From contig DJVN01000145.1 of assembly GCA_002441205.1 (NCBI GenBank), positions 32,512-75,054 on the forward strand: a DNA stretch of 42,543 bases, in the 5' to 3' direction. Below the pieces are notes generated by a model, which was not told the origin of the DNA, did not search any database, and worked only from the letters and a program-made list of their open reading frames with translations. The DNA comes from Syntrophaceae bacterium UBA6255. Lineage in GTDB: Bacteria; Desulfobacterota; Syntrophia; Syntrophales; Smithellaceae. Below are positions 20,457-28,189 of this stretch, one piece after another; positions within the stretch are counted from its first letter, which is position 1; each line of letters starts with the position of its first letter. Both the position numbers and the translations under genes were made by a program.

Positions 20457-21206
20457 CTATGGTTTATGGACGTAAGATTTTACGAGGCGTTTGACGTCCT
20501 CGGAGATCAATTCCAGCCGGTACAAAAATAGCGGCTGAATCTCAGGCGGAACATGGTAATGGATATCTTTAATCAAGCCTCTGAAATCACGATTGTTCAT
20601 GGATTTTGTTTTGTACCATTTCTTTTTTTTTGTATCATCAAAATCAGTCAAAAACATTTCGTCGCCTCGAAATACCGTGTTTTTCAAACGAATATCTCCA
20701 TGGATTAAGCCAAGATTATTTATTTTTCTTGTCATGTCCACGATTGAATTAATAGCTTTTTGAATTTTTTCCGTATTACTTTTATTATTCATAAAGTACT
20801 GTTCCCCGTTGATGCCCTCAACCCATTCATATATGAAATAGGAATCGCCGCGTAGAGGCCCTATTCTTGTTTCTTTATAAGCCATTGGCCGTGGCGTCGG
20901 TATCCCGTTCCGGTTAAACAAGAAAGAGTAATGCCATGACCGGCTGGCCCGCGTTCTTCTGAAAAAACGTTTTATTTTATGCCATGTGGATTTGTAGTTA
21001 TGAATTTTGATTATCGCCGGGATTTTATCGATTCCCAGGTAGACTATTTTGTTTTTAAAATTATCCTGGATAATTTTTGCGTTGCTCCGACGAATATAAT
21101 TATCAGGATTACTTAGAAGATCCCGCATTTCGGCGGACATTAAATCTTGATCGCAGACGATATGCGTGAAAAAATCTTTATGTTGATAGAACTGTTGCTT
21201 TTTCAT
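20457..21206 (-). CDS. lipopolysaccharide kinase (Kdo/WaaP/InaA) family protein
   Basis: Catalytic-loop-like LIHGDIRLKNTVF and LTDFDD motifs. I prefer the internal ATG at 21206 (MKKQQF), which removes the 44-nt overlap with the upstream GT9 gene implied by the ORF-track start at 21254. Confidence 0.78.
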   Translation of the reverse strand: MKKQQFYQHKDFFTHIVCDQDLMSAEMRDLLSNPDNYIRRSNAKIIQDNFKNKIVYLGIDKIPAIIKIHNYKSTWHKIKRFFRRTRASRSWHYSFLFNRNGIPTPRPMAYKETRIGPLRGDSYFIYEWVEGINGEQYFMNNKSNTEKIQKAINSIVDMTRKINNLGLIHGDIRLKNTVFRGDEMFLTDFDDTKKKKWYKTKSMNNRDFRGLIKDIHYHVPPEIQPLFLYRLELISEDVKRLVKSYVHKP

Positions 21207-21210
21207 TTTC

Positions 21211-22314
21211 TTAACTTTTGGAATGATATTTAGCAAGCCAACGTTTGACCTCATTAAATACTACATGCGGATCTATATCGGCCATGCACGGAGCAAGGCG
21301 GTCCCGTTCTCCACATCTGGCAGAGTGGCCGCAGGGAACGCACTCCAGGGACGACTGAAAGAGGGTAATATCTCCATAAGTTTGAACAGGCGCCGACTGG
21401 CTTCCGGCTTTTTGCAGTACGTTTGACCATGGCGACCAGATTTCAGGGATATTAGGACCGAAAATGACAAAAATCGGTTTGTTGAATGCAGCTGCCAAAT
21501 GACAGTTAAACGTGTCAACTCCCACAAAAGCCATGGACATGTCGGTTAGAGCGGCGCATTCTTCCAACGATATTTTGCCAATCAGCGAATGCACATTTTT
21601 CAATGCCGGCATTTGGGCGGCAACCTGACGGTCGATTTCTCCTTTCCCGCCGGTAACGATGATTGGGATGTCAAGGGAATTCAGTAATTGCAAGAGAATA
21701 TTTCTTTGTTTTTCCGGATATAATCGGCACAAAAACTTACCGGTCGGATGAAAAATTACAAACCGGTCGATGGCCATATCCTTCAATATACTCTGCACCT
21801 TTTGTTTCGCGACATCCGAGTAACAGGCAGACAGGACAATTCTATCGATGGATATTCCCAGTCTGCGTAAAACTTCGACATTGTTTTCAACAATGTGACG
21901 TTGCGGATTAAATTGATAACCATCATCCATCAACATCCGATGCCACCAGTTTTTGGAAAAGGTTGGCTCTCTGGTTCCGATGGATATTCTGCCGGCCATG
22001 TACGCGTATATATTGCTTCGTTCGTTTGTGGTAAAGGACACCGCTAAATCATAGTGACGAAATATTCTTCGAATCAACTTTATTTGCATCGCCATGCTTG
22101 AGAAACCAGCCTTGGCCAGGAAATGACTGTCCAAGGGGATGACATTGTTGATTCCATCCAGAAGTTTCGCGGCCGCGACTGTATCTTCGTTGACCAAAAG
22201 ATCGATTGATACATTCGGAAATCGGCGGCTCAGAATGTTTATTACCGGAGAAAGCGCCAGAACATCGCCAAGAGATCTTCTTATTATCAGCAGGATTTTT
22301 TCAGGTGATTTCAT
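21211..22314 (-). CDS. glycosyltransferase family 9 (heptosyltransferase-like)
   Basis: 367 aa starting ILLIIRRSLGDVLALSPV, with C-terminal ...GVDTFNCHLAAAFNKP, typical of GT9/RfaF-like enzymes. Confidence 0.88.
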   Translation of the reverse strand: MKSPEKILLIIRRSLGDVLALSPVINILSRRFPNVSIDLLVNEDTVAAAKLLDGINNVIPLDSHFLAKAGFSSMAMQIKLIRRIFRHYDLAVSFTTNERSNIYAYMAGRISIGTREPTFSKNWWHRMLMDDGYQFNPQRHIVENNVEVLRRLGISIDRIVLSACYSDVAKQKVQSILKDMAIDRFVIFHPTGKFLCRLYPEKQRNILLQLLNSLDIPIIVTGGKGEIDRQVAAQMPALKNVHSLIGKISLEECAALTDMSMAFVGVDTFNCHLAAAFNKPIFVIFGPNIPEIWSPWSNVLQKAGSQSAPVQTYGDITLFQSSLECVPCGHSARCGERDRLAPCMADIDPHVVFNEVKRWLAKYHSKS

Positions 22315-22533
22315 AAAGACACGCGGGAGTCAGCAGTTCAAAGGTAAAATAAAAAGAAAAATAGTCTATTTCCGGACATTTTTTATAAAATCTTCAACCT
22401 TCCCGAGTGCTCAAAGCCTTATATGAAATGACTGTTATCCCGATTAATGAACTTTGATCTTTGTCAGTAGTCGCTCATTAAATTTTGTCTAACTCGGAGC
22501 CCCTTTAATTTATAGAACCATATCTGCCAGTGT

Positions 22534-23733
22534 TTATTTGCACACCGCTTTTAGAATGGTTTCCCCGTTTGATTCCGGTTGTATCATCAGCCATTCGGGA
22601 TTTTTGTACGTATGAGAAAACAATGCTTTCCCATCTCGATCATATAAGAATAAATATAATGTCCTTTCGCTCTGGTTTGAACAGCCTATTTCAGACAAAT
22701 AAACCATATACGATAGCTTGTCATATCCCTTGGTTGATAATCTGTTTTCTCTTCTATACTGAATGGCTTCAGATATTTCTTTTTTCGAAAAAACCCATTT
22801 ATTCAAAACCTTTACTACATCGCTATCTTTATCAACCTTGCCCTTCTTATAATAATGAAGCGTACCTCTTTTATCCTTGCCATATTTAACCCATTCAGAC
22901 GCCTCAGGTTCGGAGATCTCATTCATGGGTACGGTTTGATAAGCATTCGACAATAAAACTTTTCCCGTATTGACCTTCCGGACTTTTGTCACTTTACTAT
23001 CCTTATAGATCAATCTCTGAACGATAACGTCCAGATGGAGAAATTTCCCTAATTGTAAAATATCTTTATCTGATATTCCATATAATGATATTTTATGCTC
23101 TCCTGCAACCTTCACAAAAGAGTTCTTGTCCAGCACCTCGTATTTATCCGGGCTATTGCCCGTCATTGCCAGAAACTGTTTTTCTTCCTCATTCTCCATG
23201 ATTTCTTTTTGATGCGCATCGATATTGGGAATTTTGACTTCAACGATCAATCCCACATTGAGTTTTCCTGTCTTCTCCGGCATAACCTTATCAATATCAT
23301 GACACCAGTCGGCATACTCAGCACCTGATCCCCACCCTTTTAAACAAGTTTCCTGATTAAGATAGTTAATGATGACGTCCGGATTTAAAGTTATTTTTAC
23401 CTTTTCACAAATTCTTCTGCCGTTTTCTTCCGCCCTGTCTGTTCGACGAAGAACCTCTACTTTTTCATAATGATTATTTATCGTATGCTTAATACAGTCC
23501 GGAGCAGTATTCGATAATTGAGATCCCTTAACCAACTTTTTTAGAACACTTTCTCTTGCTTTCACACTCACGGATTTCTTAAATTCATCGAGATTTTTCT
23601 TATTTTTCACATCCCCTTTATATACGTCACAATATTCACTCATTATTTCTTTTGATTCCGAAAACCCGATGGAAGGAAATGCAATGATGATAATCGCTAA
23701 AAGTATGATCATCCGCTGAATTTTATTTTTCAT
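22534..23733 (-). CDS. secreted hypothetical protein with C-terminal surface-adhesin-E-like domain
   Basis: 399 aa with a signal peptide (AFPSIGFS/ES). The C-terminal ~110 aa (W..Y......LHYY....V......V.V...W.........Y.....E..C......L.L..YDRDG........W..I.P.S..E....AVC) resembles the adhesin-E-like fold family. The gene looks AT-rich. Confidence 0.7.
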   Translation of the reverse strand: MKNKIQRMIILLAIIIIAFPSIGFSESKEIMSEYCDVYKGDVKNKKNLDEFKKSVSVKARESVLKKLVKGSQLSNTAPDCIKHTINNHYEKVEVLRRTDRAEENGRRICEKVKITLNPDVIINYLNQETCLKGWGSGAEYADWCHDIDKVMPEKTGKLNVGLIVEVKIPNIDAHQKEIMENEEEKQFLAMTGNSPDKYEVLDKNSFVKVAGEHKISLYGISDKDILQLGKFLHLDVIVQRLIYKDSKVTKVRKVNTGKVLLSNAYQTVPMNEISEPEASEWVKYGKDKRGTLHYYKKGKVDKDSDVVKVLNKWVFSKKEISEAIQYRRENRLSTKGYDKLSYMVYLSEIGCSNQSERTLYLFLYDRDGKALFSHTYKNPEWLMIQPESNGETILKAVCK

Positions 23734-23866
23734 AAATCCTCTTTACTGGATATAAAATTGAAAATTGTTTATAGATTTGATAACTTATGGCACAAATCAA
23801 CTTAACTTTTTTTAAGATTATCATATTTCCAATTATTTACAAGATACAATTTACCCGTTGTCAAAT

Positions 23867-24114
23867 TCACGGGTATGAACCCCAGGGCAAGCCCTGGACC
23901 CTAATTCCGCAGCAAGCTGCGGGGTATCATATCCATGCTTATGCAGGATAATTCGATTTACAAGTTTCAGCGCACTGCGTTTCTGAAACTTGGATCTCAT
24001 GACCCTCCGCTGTGCGGGATTGTTCGACTTACAAATTTCAATGCACCTATAGTGCCCCTATAGTGCCCTTCAGGGTATTTAGGGTATTCTTTTTTGAAAT
24101 TTGAGTCTCACAAT
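23867..24114 (-). repeat. long copy 1 of the modular structured repeat (248 bp)
   Basis: Terminal blocks are about 90-95% identical to 32026-32285: tcacgggtatgaaccccaggg...ccgcagcaagctgcggggtat at one end and cgactt/aacaaat...tagtgcccc...gtgcccttcagggtatttagggtattc.tttttgaaatttgagtctcacaat at the other. The interior is made of hairpin modules. The strand call is relative to the 7.6/27.7-kb copies. Confidence 0.8.
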
Positions 24115-24776
24115 CAGTCAGGCAAGCTTCCGGGACACCTCTCATTTCTGACCTGCTGTATATCTGTAAAAATTCCTATCAAGACTTATTTCTCTGTTTA
24201 CAGATTGAAAATTTTCTTAATGATTCTTATTAAACTTTTTTTCCTCCGGTGAATTGATACCTCTATGGCCTTTTCCCCTCGTTTGAAGGTTAATAGGGTA
24301 AGGTCTAAAACATCTTTAGGAGGAGCAGCTAATTTATGCTTATCTTTTCCACCCAAGACGCTCATACATTTTCCCCTAAATTGGCTTGTTTCCCATTATA
24401 TTAATAACAGATTGAATTTACACATGCTGACGGAAACCATTCTTTTCTTTATCTCAAAATATCACATTTATCGAATTGTGGATATAGAAGGACCGACAAC
24501 GAATCTGATTATTAAAATGTCTCATTCATATAAGAAATCTTGTATCATAAGGGAAATAAAAAGAAAAATGAAAAAGAGGTGATTTTATTTTCACAAATAT
24601 TTCACAATAAAAATCTGACGATAAGCAATGTAAGTATTTGCTAAATCCACCGGAGACGGTTCATCCCATTATGAACAAATTTGCGTTTGCTTCTATAAGC
24701 GAATCTATGATAAAAAAGGCAGAACCTGCATATCAAAAGAATTTAGGAAGAAAAAAGTCTTTAAAGGGAGAAAAAC

Positions 24777-25172
24777 ATGAACATTCTGAAAAAACAAAAC
24801 GGGATGTCATGGGTTGGCTGGTTAATAACGATAGCATTGATCATTGCCGTTGCAATACCGTCAATAAAAATTATACCGATATATATCAAGGATATGAAGA
24901 TTCACTCCGAAATGAATAAACTGGGAGACGACATATTAAAAAAACAAGATTCTTTGAGAGTAACACCACAAACAATACAAGAACATTTACTGGAGCGCTT
25001 GACTCTTAAAGGCGTTACAGAAATAACCGCGGATGATATCATGATTACGGAATCGGAATATAATTTCAATGTAAGAGTGCAACATGAATTCAAAGAACGG
25101 ATAATTAGCGATAAGTATTTTACCTTAAATTCTGACAGAACGGTTAATATACCTATCATAACGAAGAATTGA
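24777..25172 (+). CDS. DUF4845-like membrane-anchored protein
   Basis: 131 aa with AGGGAG 7 nt upstream. The N-terminus (K.QNGMSWVGWLITIALIIAVAIPSIKIIPIYI) matches the DUF4845 pattern (Q.G.S..G.L..........K..P.Y.). Confidence 0.72.
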   Translation: MNILKKQNGMSWVGWLITIALIIAVAIPSIKIIPIYIKDMKIHSEMNKLGDDILKKQDSLRVTPQTIQEHLLERLTLKGVTEITADDIMITESEYNFNVRVQHEFKERIISDKYFTLNSDRTVNIPIITKN

Positions 25173-25179
25173 TAAATGA

Positions 25180-25222
25180 CAGGAAGGTCTGCTGGTAAGC
25201 GGAAGAACCCCTTCCTGCTTTT
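25180..25222 (+). terminator. possible terminator (hairpin plus T run) after the DUF4845-like gene
   Basis: 8-bp stem caggaagg / ccttcctg around a large 22-nt loop, followed by CTTTT. The large loop weakens the call. Confidence 0.4.
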
Positions 25223-25303
25223 CCAGTTCAACCATAGAAGAGCTATAGGGGAGCTAAGCAGAAATTTGCTGGTCACCATTATTTTATAAGTTATTGATTT
25301 AAA

Positions 25304-25380
25304 TGGTGCCCCTGGCGCGAGTCGAACGCGCGGCACACGGATTAGGAATCCGTTGCTCTATCCTTCTGAGCTACAGGGGC
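25304..25380 (-). tRNA. tRNA-Arg (anticodon CCU)
   Basis: Minus strand reads GCCCCTG TA GCTC AGAAGGATA GAGC A ACGGA TTCCTAA TCCGT GTGCC GCGCG TTCGACT CGCGC CAGGGGC A CCA. This is a complete 77-nt cloverleaf with encoded CCA. Confidence 0.92.
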
Positions 25381-25402
25381 TTTGGGTTTCCTGATGGTAT
25401 CA

Positions 25403-25432
25403 ATTTTAACTGTAACATTTTTGTAACAAGAA
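25403..25432 (-). promoter_or_regulatory. possible sigma70 promoter for tRNA-Arg
   Basis: Minus strand reads TTCTTG-18 nt-TAAAAT. The -10 ends about 22 nt upstream of the tRNA 5' end. Confidence 0.35.
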
Positions 25433-25786
25433 ATTTAACCTCAAAATAGTTATTTTTTACCTCTTATTAATAAGTTAAATCTCTTTCACAAAAAACAATT
25501 CTTCTTTAAAAGAACAAAAAATATCACTTTGAAGGTATTTTTTATCTGATTTTAATTGAAAAAACCATATATTATTTTAATAAAAAAAACACACAAATCA
25601 TCAAAACCGACATTTTTTCATATGTTCCGATTTCCATGGTTGCGAAATAATTCCACAACCTTAATGGGGATTTAAATTTTCACCTTGTAAATCATAAGAT
25701 ATTTGGTATTTTAAAAAAATATTAGCTTGTTCCAGTCATTCAATTTTATATTGTTGGTATAAAAATACATTTTGAAGGCACTAAAT

Positions 25787-26263
25787 ATGAAAAAAATCAG
25801 TCTAGTTATTTTTTTGTTTTTTCTTGTCTTGTTTCTACTCGTCGTTTCATTGGCATCCATCTGTTTTTCTGAACCGGATAGAAAGGTATGGGAATCTTTT
25901 TCGGATAACATGTATTACAATAAGACAAATATCACTAAATCAGCACAGTATGTAGCTGTCTGGACTTATAACATGGTGACAGAAGATTACAGAAAACAGA
26001 CAGTTACGGTATCACAAAAACACGATCCGGAACTATCGGAAAGATATAAAAAATTTGACCACTTCGTCACTTTATGGGGATTCGATTGTGAGAAGAAATC
26101 GTTTAGAATTAAAGAGAGAACAGATTATGATGATCGGTGGAAAATTATAAACAAATATACATATAAAAACGAGGAAAGGATAAAAATCGTTCCCGACTCC
26201 CCGACAGAAAAATTATACGATAAAATTTGCGTAACTCCGGAAAAGCCGTCAAAGAAGAAGTAA
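25787..26263 (+). CDS. secreted surface-adhesin-E-like domain protein
   Basis: I prefer the ATG at 25787 (MKKISLV...) over the TTG at 25772. Signal peptide, then W......YY........YV.VW.........FD....LW.FDC..K.F.I....YD..........VP.S..E.LYD.IC. It is a paralog of the C-terminus of the 22534-23733 product. Confidence 0.72.
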   Translation: MKKISLVIFLFFLVLFLLVVSLASICFSEPDRKVWESFSDNMYYNKTNITKSAQYVAVWTYNMVTEDYRKQTVTVSQKHDPELSERYKKFDHFVTLWGFDCEKKSFRIKERTDYDDRWKIINKYTYKNEERIKIVPDSPTEKLYDKICVTPEKPSKKK

Positions 26264-26421
26264 TTTAAATTTCATTGATCGACACTGAAGATATGAAAAC
26301 CATAATAATAAAAATTGTTCGTTTTTATTATTCGTAAACTGTTCTTCCCATGGAACCGGGATTCAGGATGATGCCCTGACTTTAACAGTATAAGAAATAT
26401 TATGGATGAAGTATTTTCAAT

Positions 26422-27687
26422 ATGAGCATTTTAAACCAATCCTTAATGAGCACGAAGAAAAGACCTTTTGTCTATAAAGATCAGGCCATGTTGGAAATTC
26501 GCAGTGGCGGCGGCTGTCTTTCCATCTTCGGATTGCCCTTTCTTTTGGCTGGTTTATTCGTCATGCAGATTCCTCTTGGAATCATTCCCATCGAGGGCGC
26601 TCCTGGCGGACTGACATCCATTTTCGTCATTCTTTTCGGCGCTGTGTTTGTAGCAGTAGGCGCTACTTTAGTATTTGGACGCAACGGCATTATTCTTGAT
26701 CGCGGCAGAGGACGCATGCTCCAATGGTACGGCTTACTCATACCCATGAAGCAAAAGGAATATCTGCTGGATGCCGTAGAGCAGGTGGAAATGAACTTTT
26801 CCAGCGGTGACAGCGATTCCCCCGCGACCTGGCCGATTAAGCTCTCCGGAACGAGCATCGCCAAACCCATTCCCATTTTACAGCCGGCAAGTTTCTCTGA
26901 GGCAAGGCAATTGGCTGAAGAACTTTCCCGATTTCTTTACAAACCGCTCGTGGATTCTTCCACCGGCGAGAAAATTACCCGTGATCCTGATCATCTGAAC
27001 GAATCCTATAGAGATCGTGTGAAGCGAATGGGCAACACGGCAATCGTAGTGCCGCCGGAACCTTCCAACAAGCGCCCGCGGGTGGAACGAACGTCAGAAG
27101 GAATCATTATTCATATTCCCGCCTCGCAGAAAAACGTCTTTCATTATATACCGGTGATCATGCCCCTAATCTTTGCGGGAATTTTTGCCTGGTTTTTCCT
27201 GCCTTCTATGTTAACCCGCAGCATTTCCAGCTCATTTCACTATATTTTTCTGGGAATTTTCATTCTTTTTTTCGCGGTTCCTGTGGGCTCTGCGCTTCAG
27301 AAAATGCAGCGGCTTAAGAAACAATTTGAAAGAATTACCGTGACGAAATCTTTTCTTCGCGTGGAATCTCTGAAGCAGGGCAAAAAAACAACCATGGAGA
27401 TTCCCATCGAGGAGCTGGAAGATCTTGTAGCTCCCACAACGCAAGATGCTATCAATGCCATCGAGGTGCCCGGAATCAAAAAAGTTCCGCTGGGCGATAT
27501 GGGAATTCCACGCCTGCCTGACGGACGCCCCGTGCCTCGCTTTCTTTTATCATTAATGAAAATGGTTGGTGCCAAGGGAATCATTGCCCGCAGCGACAAG
27601 ACCGTGATGGAATTCGCCGGAGGTCTGGACGAGGCGGAAGTGGCCTGGCTTTTCGCGCTGATCAGAAAAACCATCGTGGAAGGATAG
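26422..27687 (+). CDS. hypothetical multi-pass membrane protein
   Basis: 421-aa ORF with coding-like composition and at least 4 hydrophobic helices (aa ~30-90 and ~235-295). No family recognised. Confidence 0.7.
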   Translation: MSILNQSLMSTKKRPFVYKDQAMLEIRSGGGCLSIFGLPFLLAGLFVMQIPLGIIPIEGAPGGLTSIFVILFGAVFVAVGATLVFGRNGIILDRGRGRMLQWYGLLIPMKQKEYLLDAVEQVEMNFSSGDSDSPATWPIKLSGTSIAKPIPILQPASFSEARQLAEELSRFLYKPLVDSSTGEKITRDPDHLNESYRDRVKRMGNTAIVVPPEPSNKRPRVERTSEGIIIHIPASQKNVFHYIPVIMPLIFAGIFAWFFLPSMLTRSISSSFHYIFLGIFILFFAVPVGSALQKMQRLKKQFERITVTKSFLRVESLKQGKKTTMEIPIEELEDLVAPTTQDAINAIEVPGIKKVPLGDMGIPRLPDGRPVPRFLLSLMKMVGAKGIIARSDKTVMEFAGGLDEAEVAWLFALIRKTIVEG

Positions 27688-27802
27688 TGAGCCAGGCTGA
27701 CTACAGGAAGCGTAAGGCGAACTAGTAAGTCCCAGGTTTCAGAAGCGAAGCGCACTGAAATTTGTTGGACGAACTATCCCTTGTGCAAAGCACATAGGGA
27801 TA
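27684..27802 (+). repeat. short copy of the modular repeat family
   Basis: Starts with atagtgag, which overlaps the TAG stop of the upstream gene. It continues with gaagcgtaaggcgaacta, hairpin tttcag...ctgaaa, tttgttggacgaac, and hairpin tatcccttgtgc-aaa-gcacatagggata. It shares motifs with 7565-7868 and with the reverse complement of the long copies. Confidence 0.65.
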
Positions 27803-27902
27803 TCCCCCCTGAAGTGTAACGTAATGGGAGATATCAGCATTACCTTTGGTTCTGCATGCTTCATTAAAAATTACCTGTAATATAAAAGGAACATGATAAT
27901 AT

Positions 27903-28160
27903 ATGAAAGAAGTGAAAATGTTTATGTTCGAAGGATGTCCGCACTGCAAAAGAGCCAGAGAGATGATGGTCGAGATTTTTGCCGAACATCCGGAATACGC
28001 CAAAATTCCCATGACCGTCATAGACGAAAAGAAAAATCCGGAAATCGCGAACCAGTATGATTATTATTTCGTCCCGACATTTTACGTGGAAAACGAAAAG
28101 ATGATGGAAGGCGTTCCTTCCAAAGAAGCGATCAAAAAAGTCTTTGCCATGGCCTTGTAA
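27903..28160 (+). CDS. small thioredoxin-fold (glutaredoxin-like) protein, CPHC active site
   Basis: 85 aa with [10 protein letters not shown] near the N-terminus. Its size and layout resemble glutaredoxin-like/NrdH-like proteins. It ends 29 nt upstream of the YyaL-like gene. Confidence 0.78.
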   Translation: MKEVKMFMFEGCPHCKRAREMMVEIFAEHPEYAKIPMTVIDEKKNPEIANQYDYYFVPTFYVENEKMMEGVPSKEAIKKVFAMAL

Positions 28161-28189
28161 AAATCATCTGCATAATTATATTTGATGTA

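Noticed and set aside
24040-24070. tRNA-Arg-like 3' end inside the long repeats, as a possible att remnant. The minus strand reads GGGGCAC(T/C)A, and copy 2 reads GGGCACCA, compared with the tRNA-Arg 3' end CAGGGGCACCA.
   Set aside because: Only 8-10 nt match, which is within chance expectation for 85 kb of two-strand sequence. The similarity does not extend into the T arm.
24265-24919. Track ORFs 24265-24582 (105 aa) and 24638-24919 (93 aa).
   Set aside because: They have no ribosome-binding sites and their products are low-complexity and AT-codon-driven. The second overlaps the better-supported DUF4845-like gene, which has AGGGAG upstream and a recognisable N-terminal pattern.
27846-27862. 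Sigma54-type promoter in ttggttctgcatgcttca.
   Set aside because: The GG-to-GC spacing is about 2 nt shorter than the TGGCAC-N5-TTGC consensus. The paralogous motif at 32366-32382 lacks the GG dinucleotide altogether.
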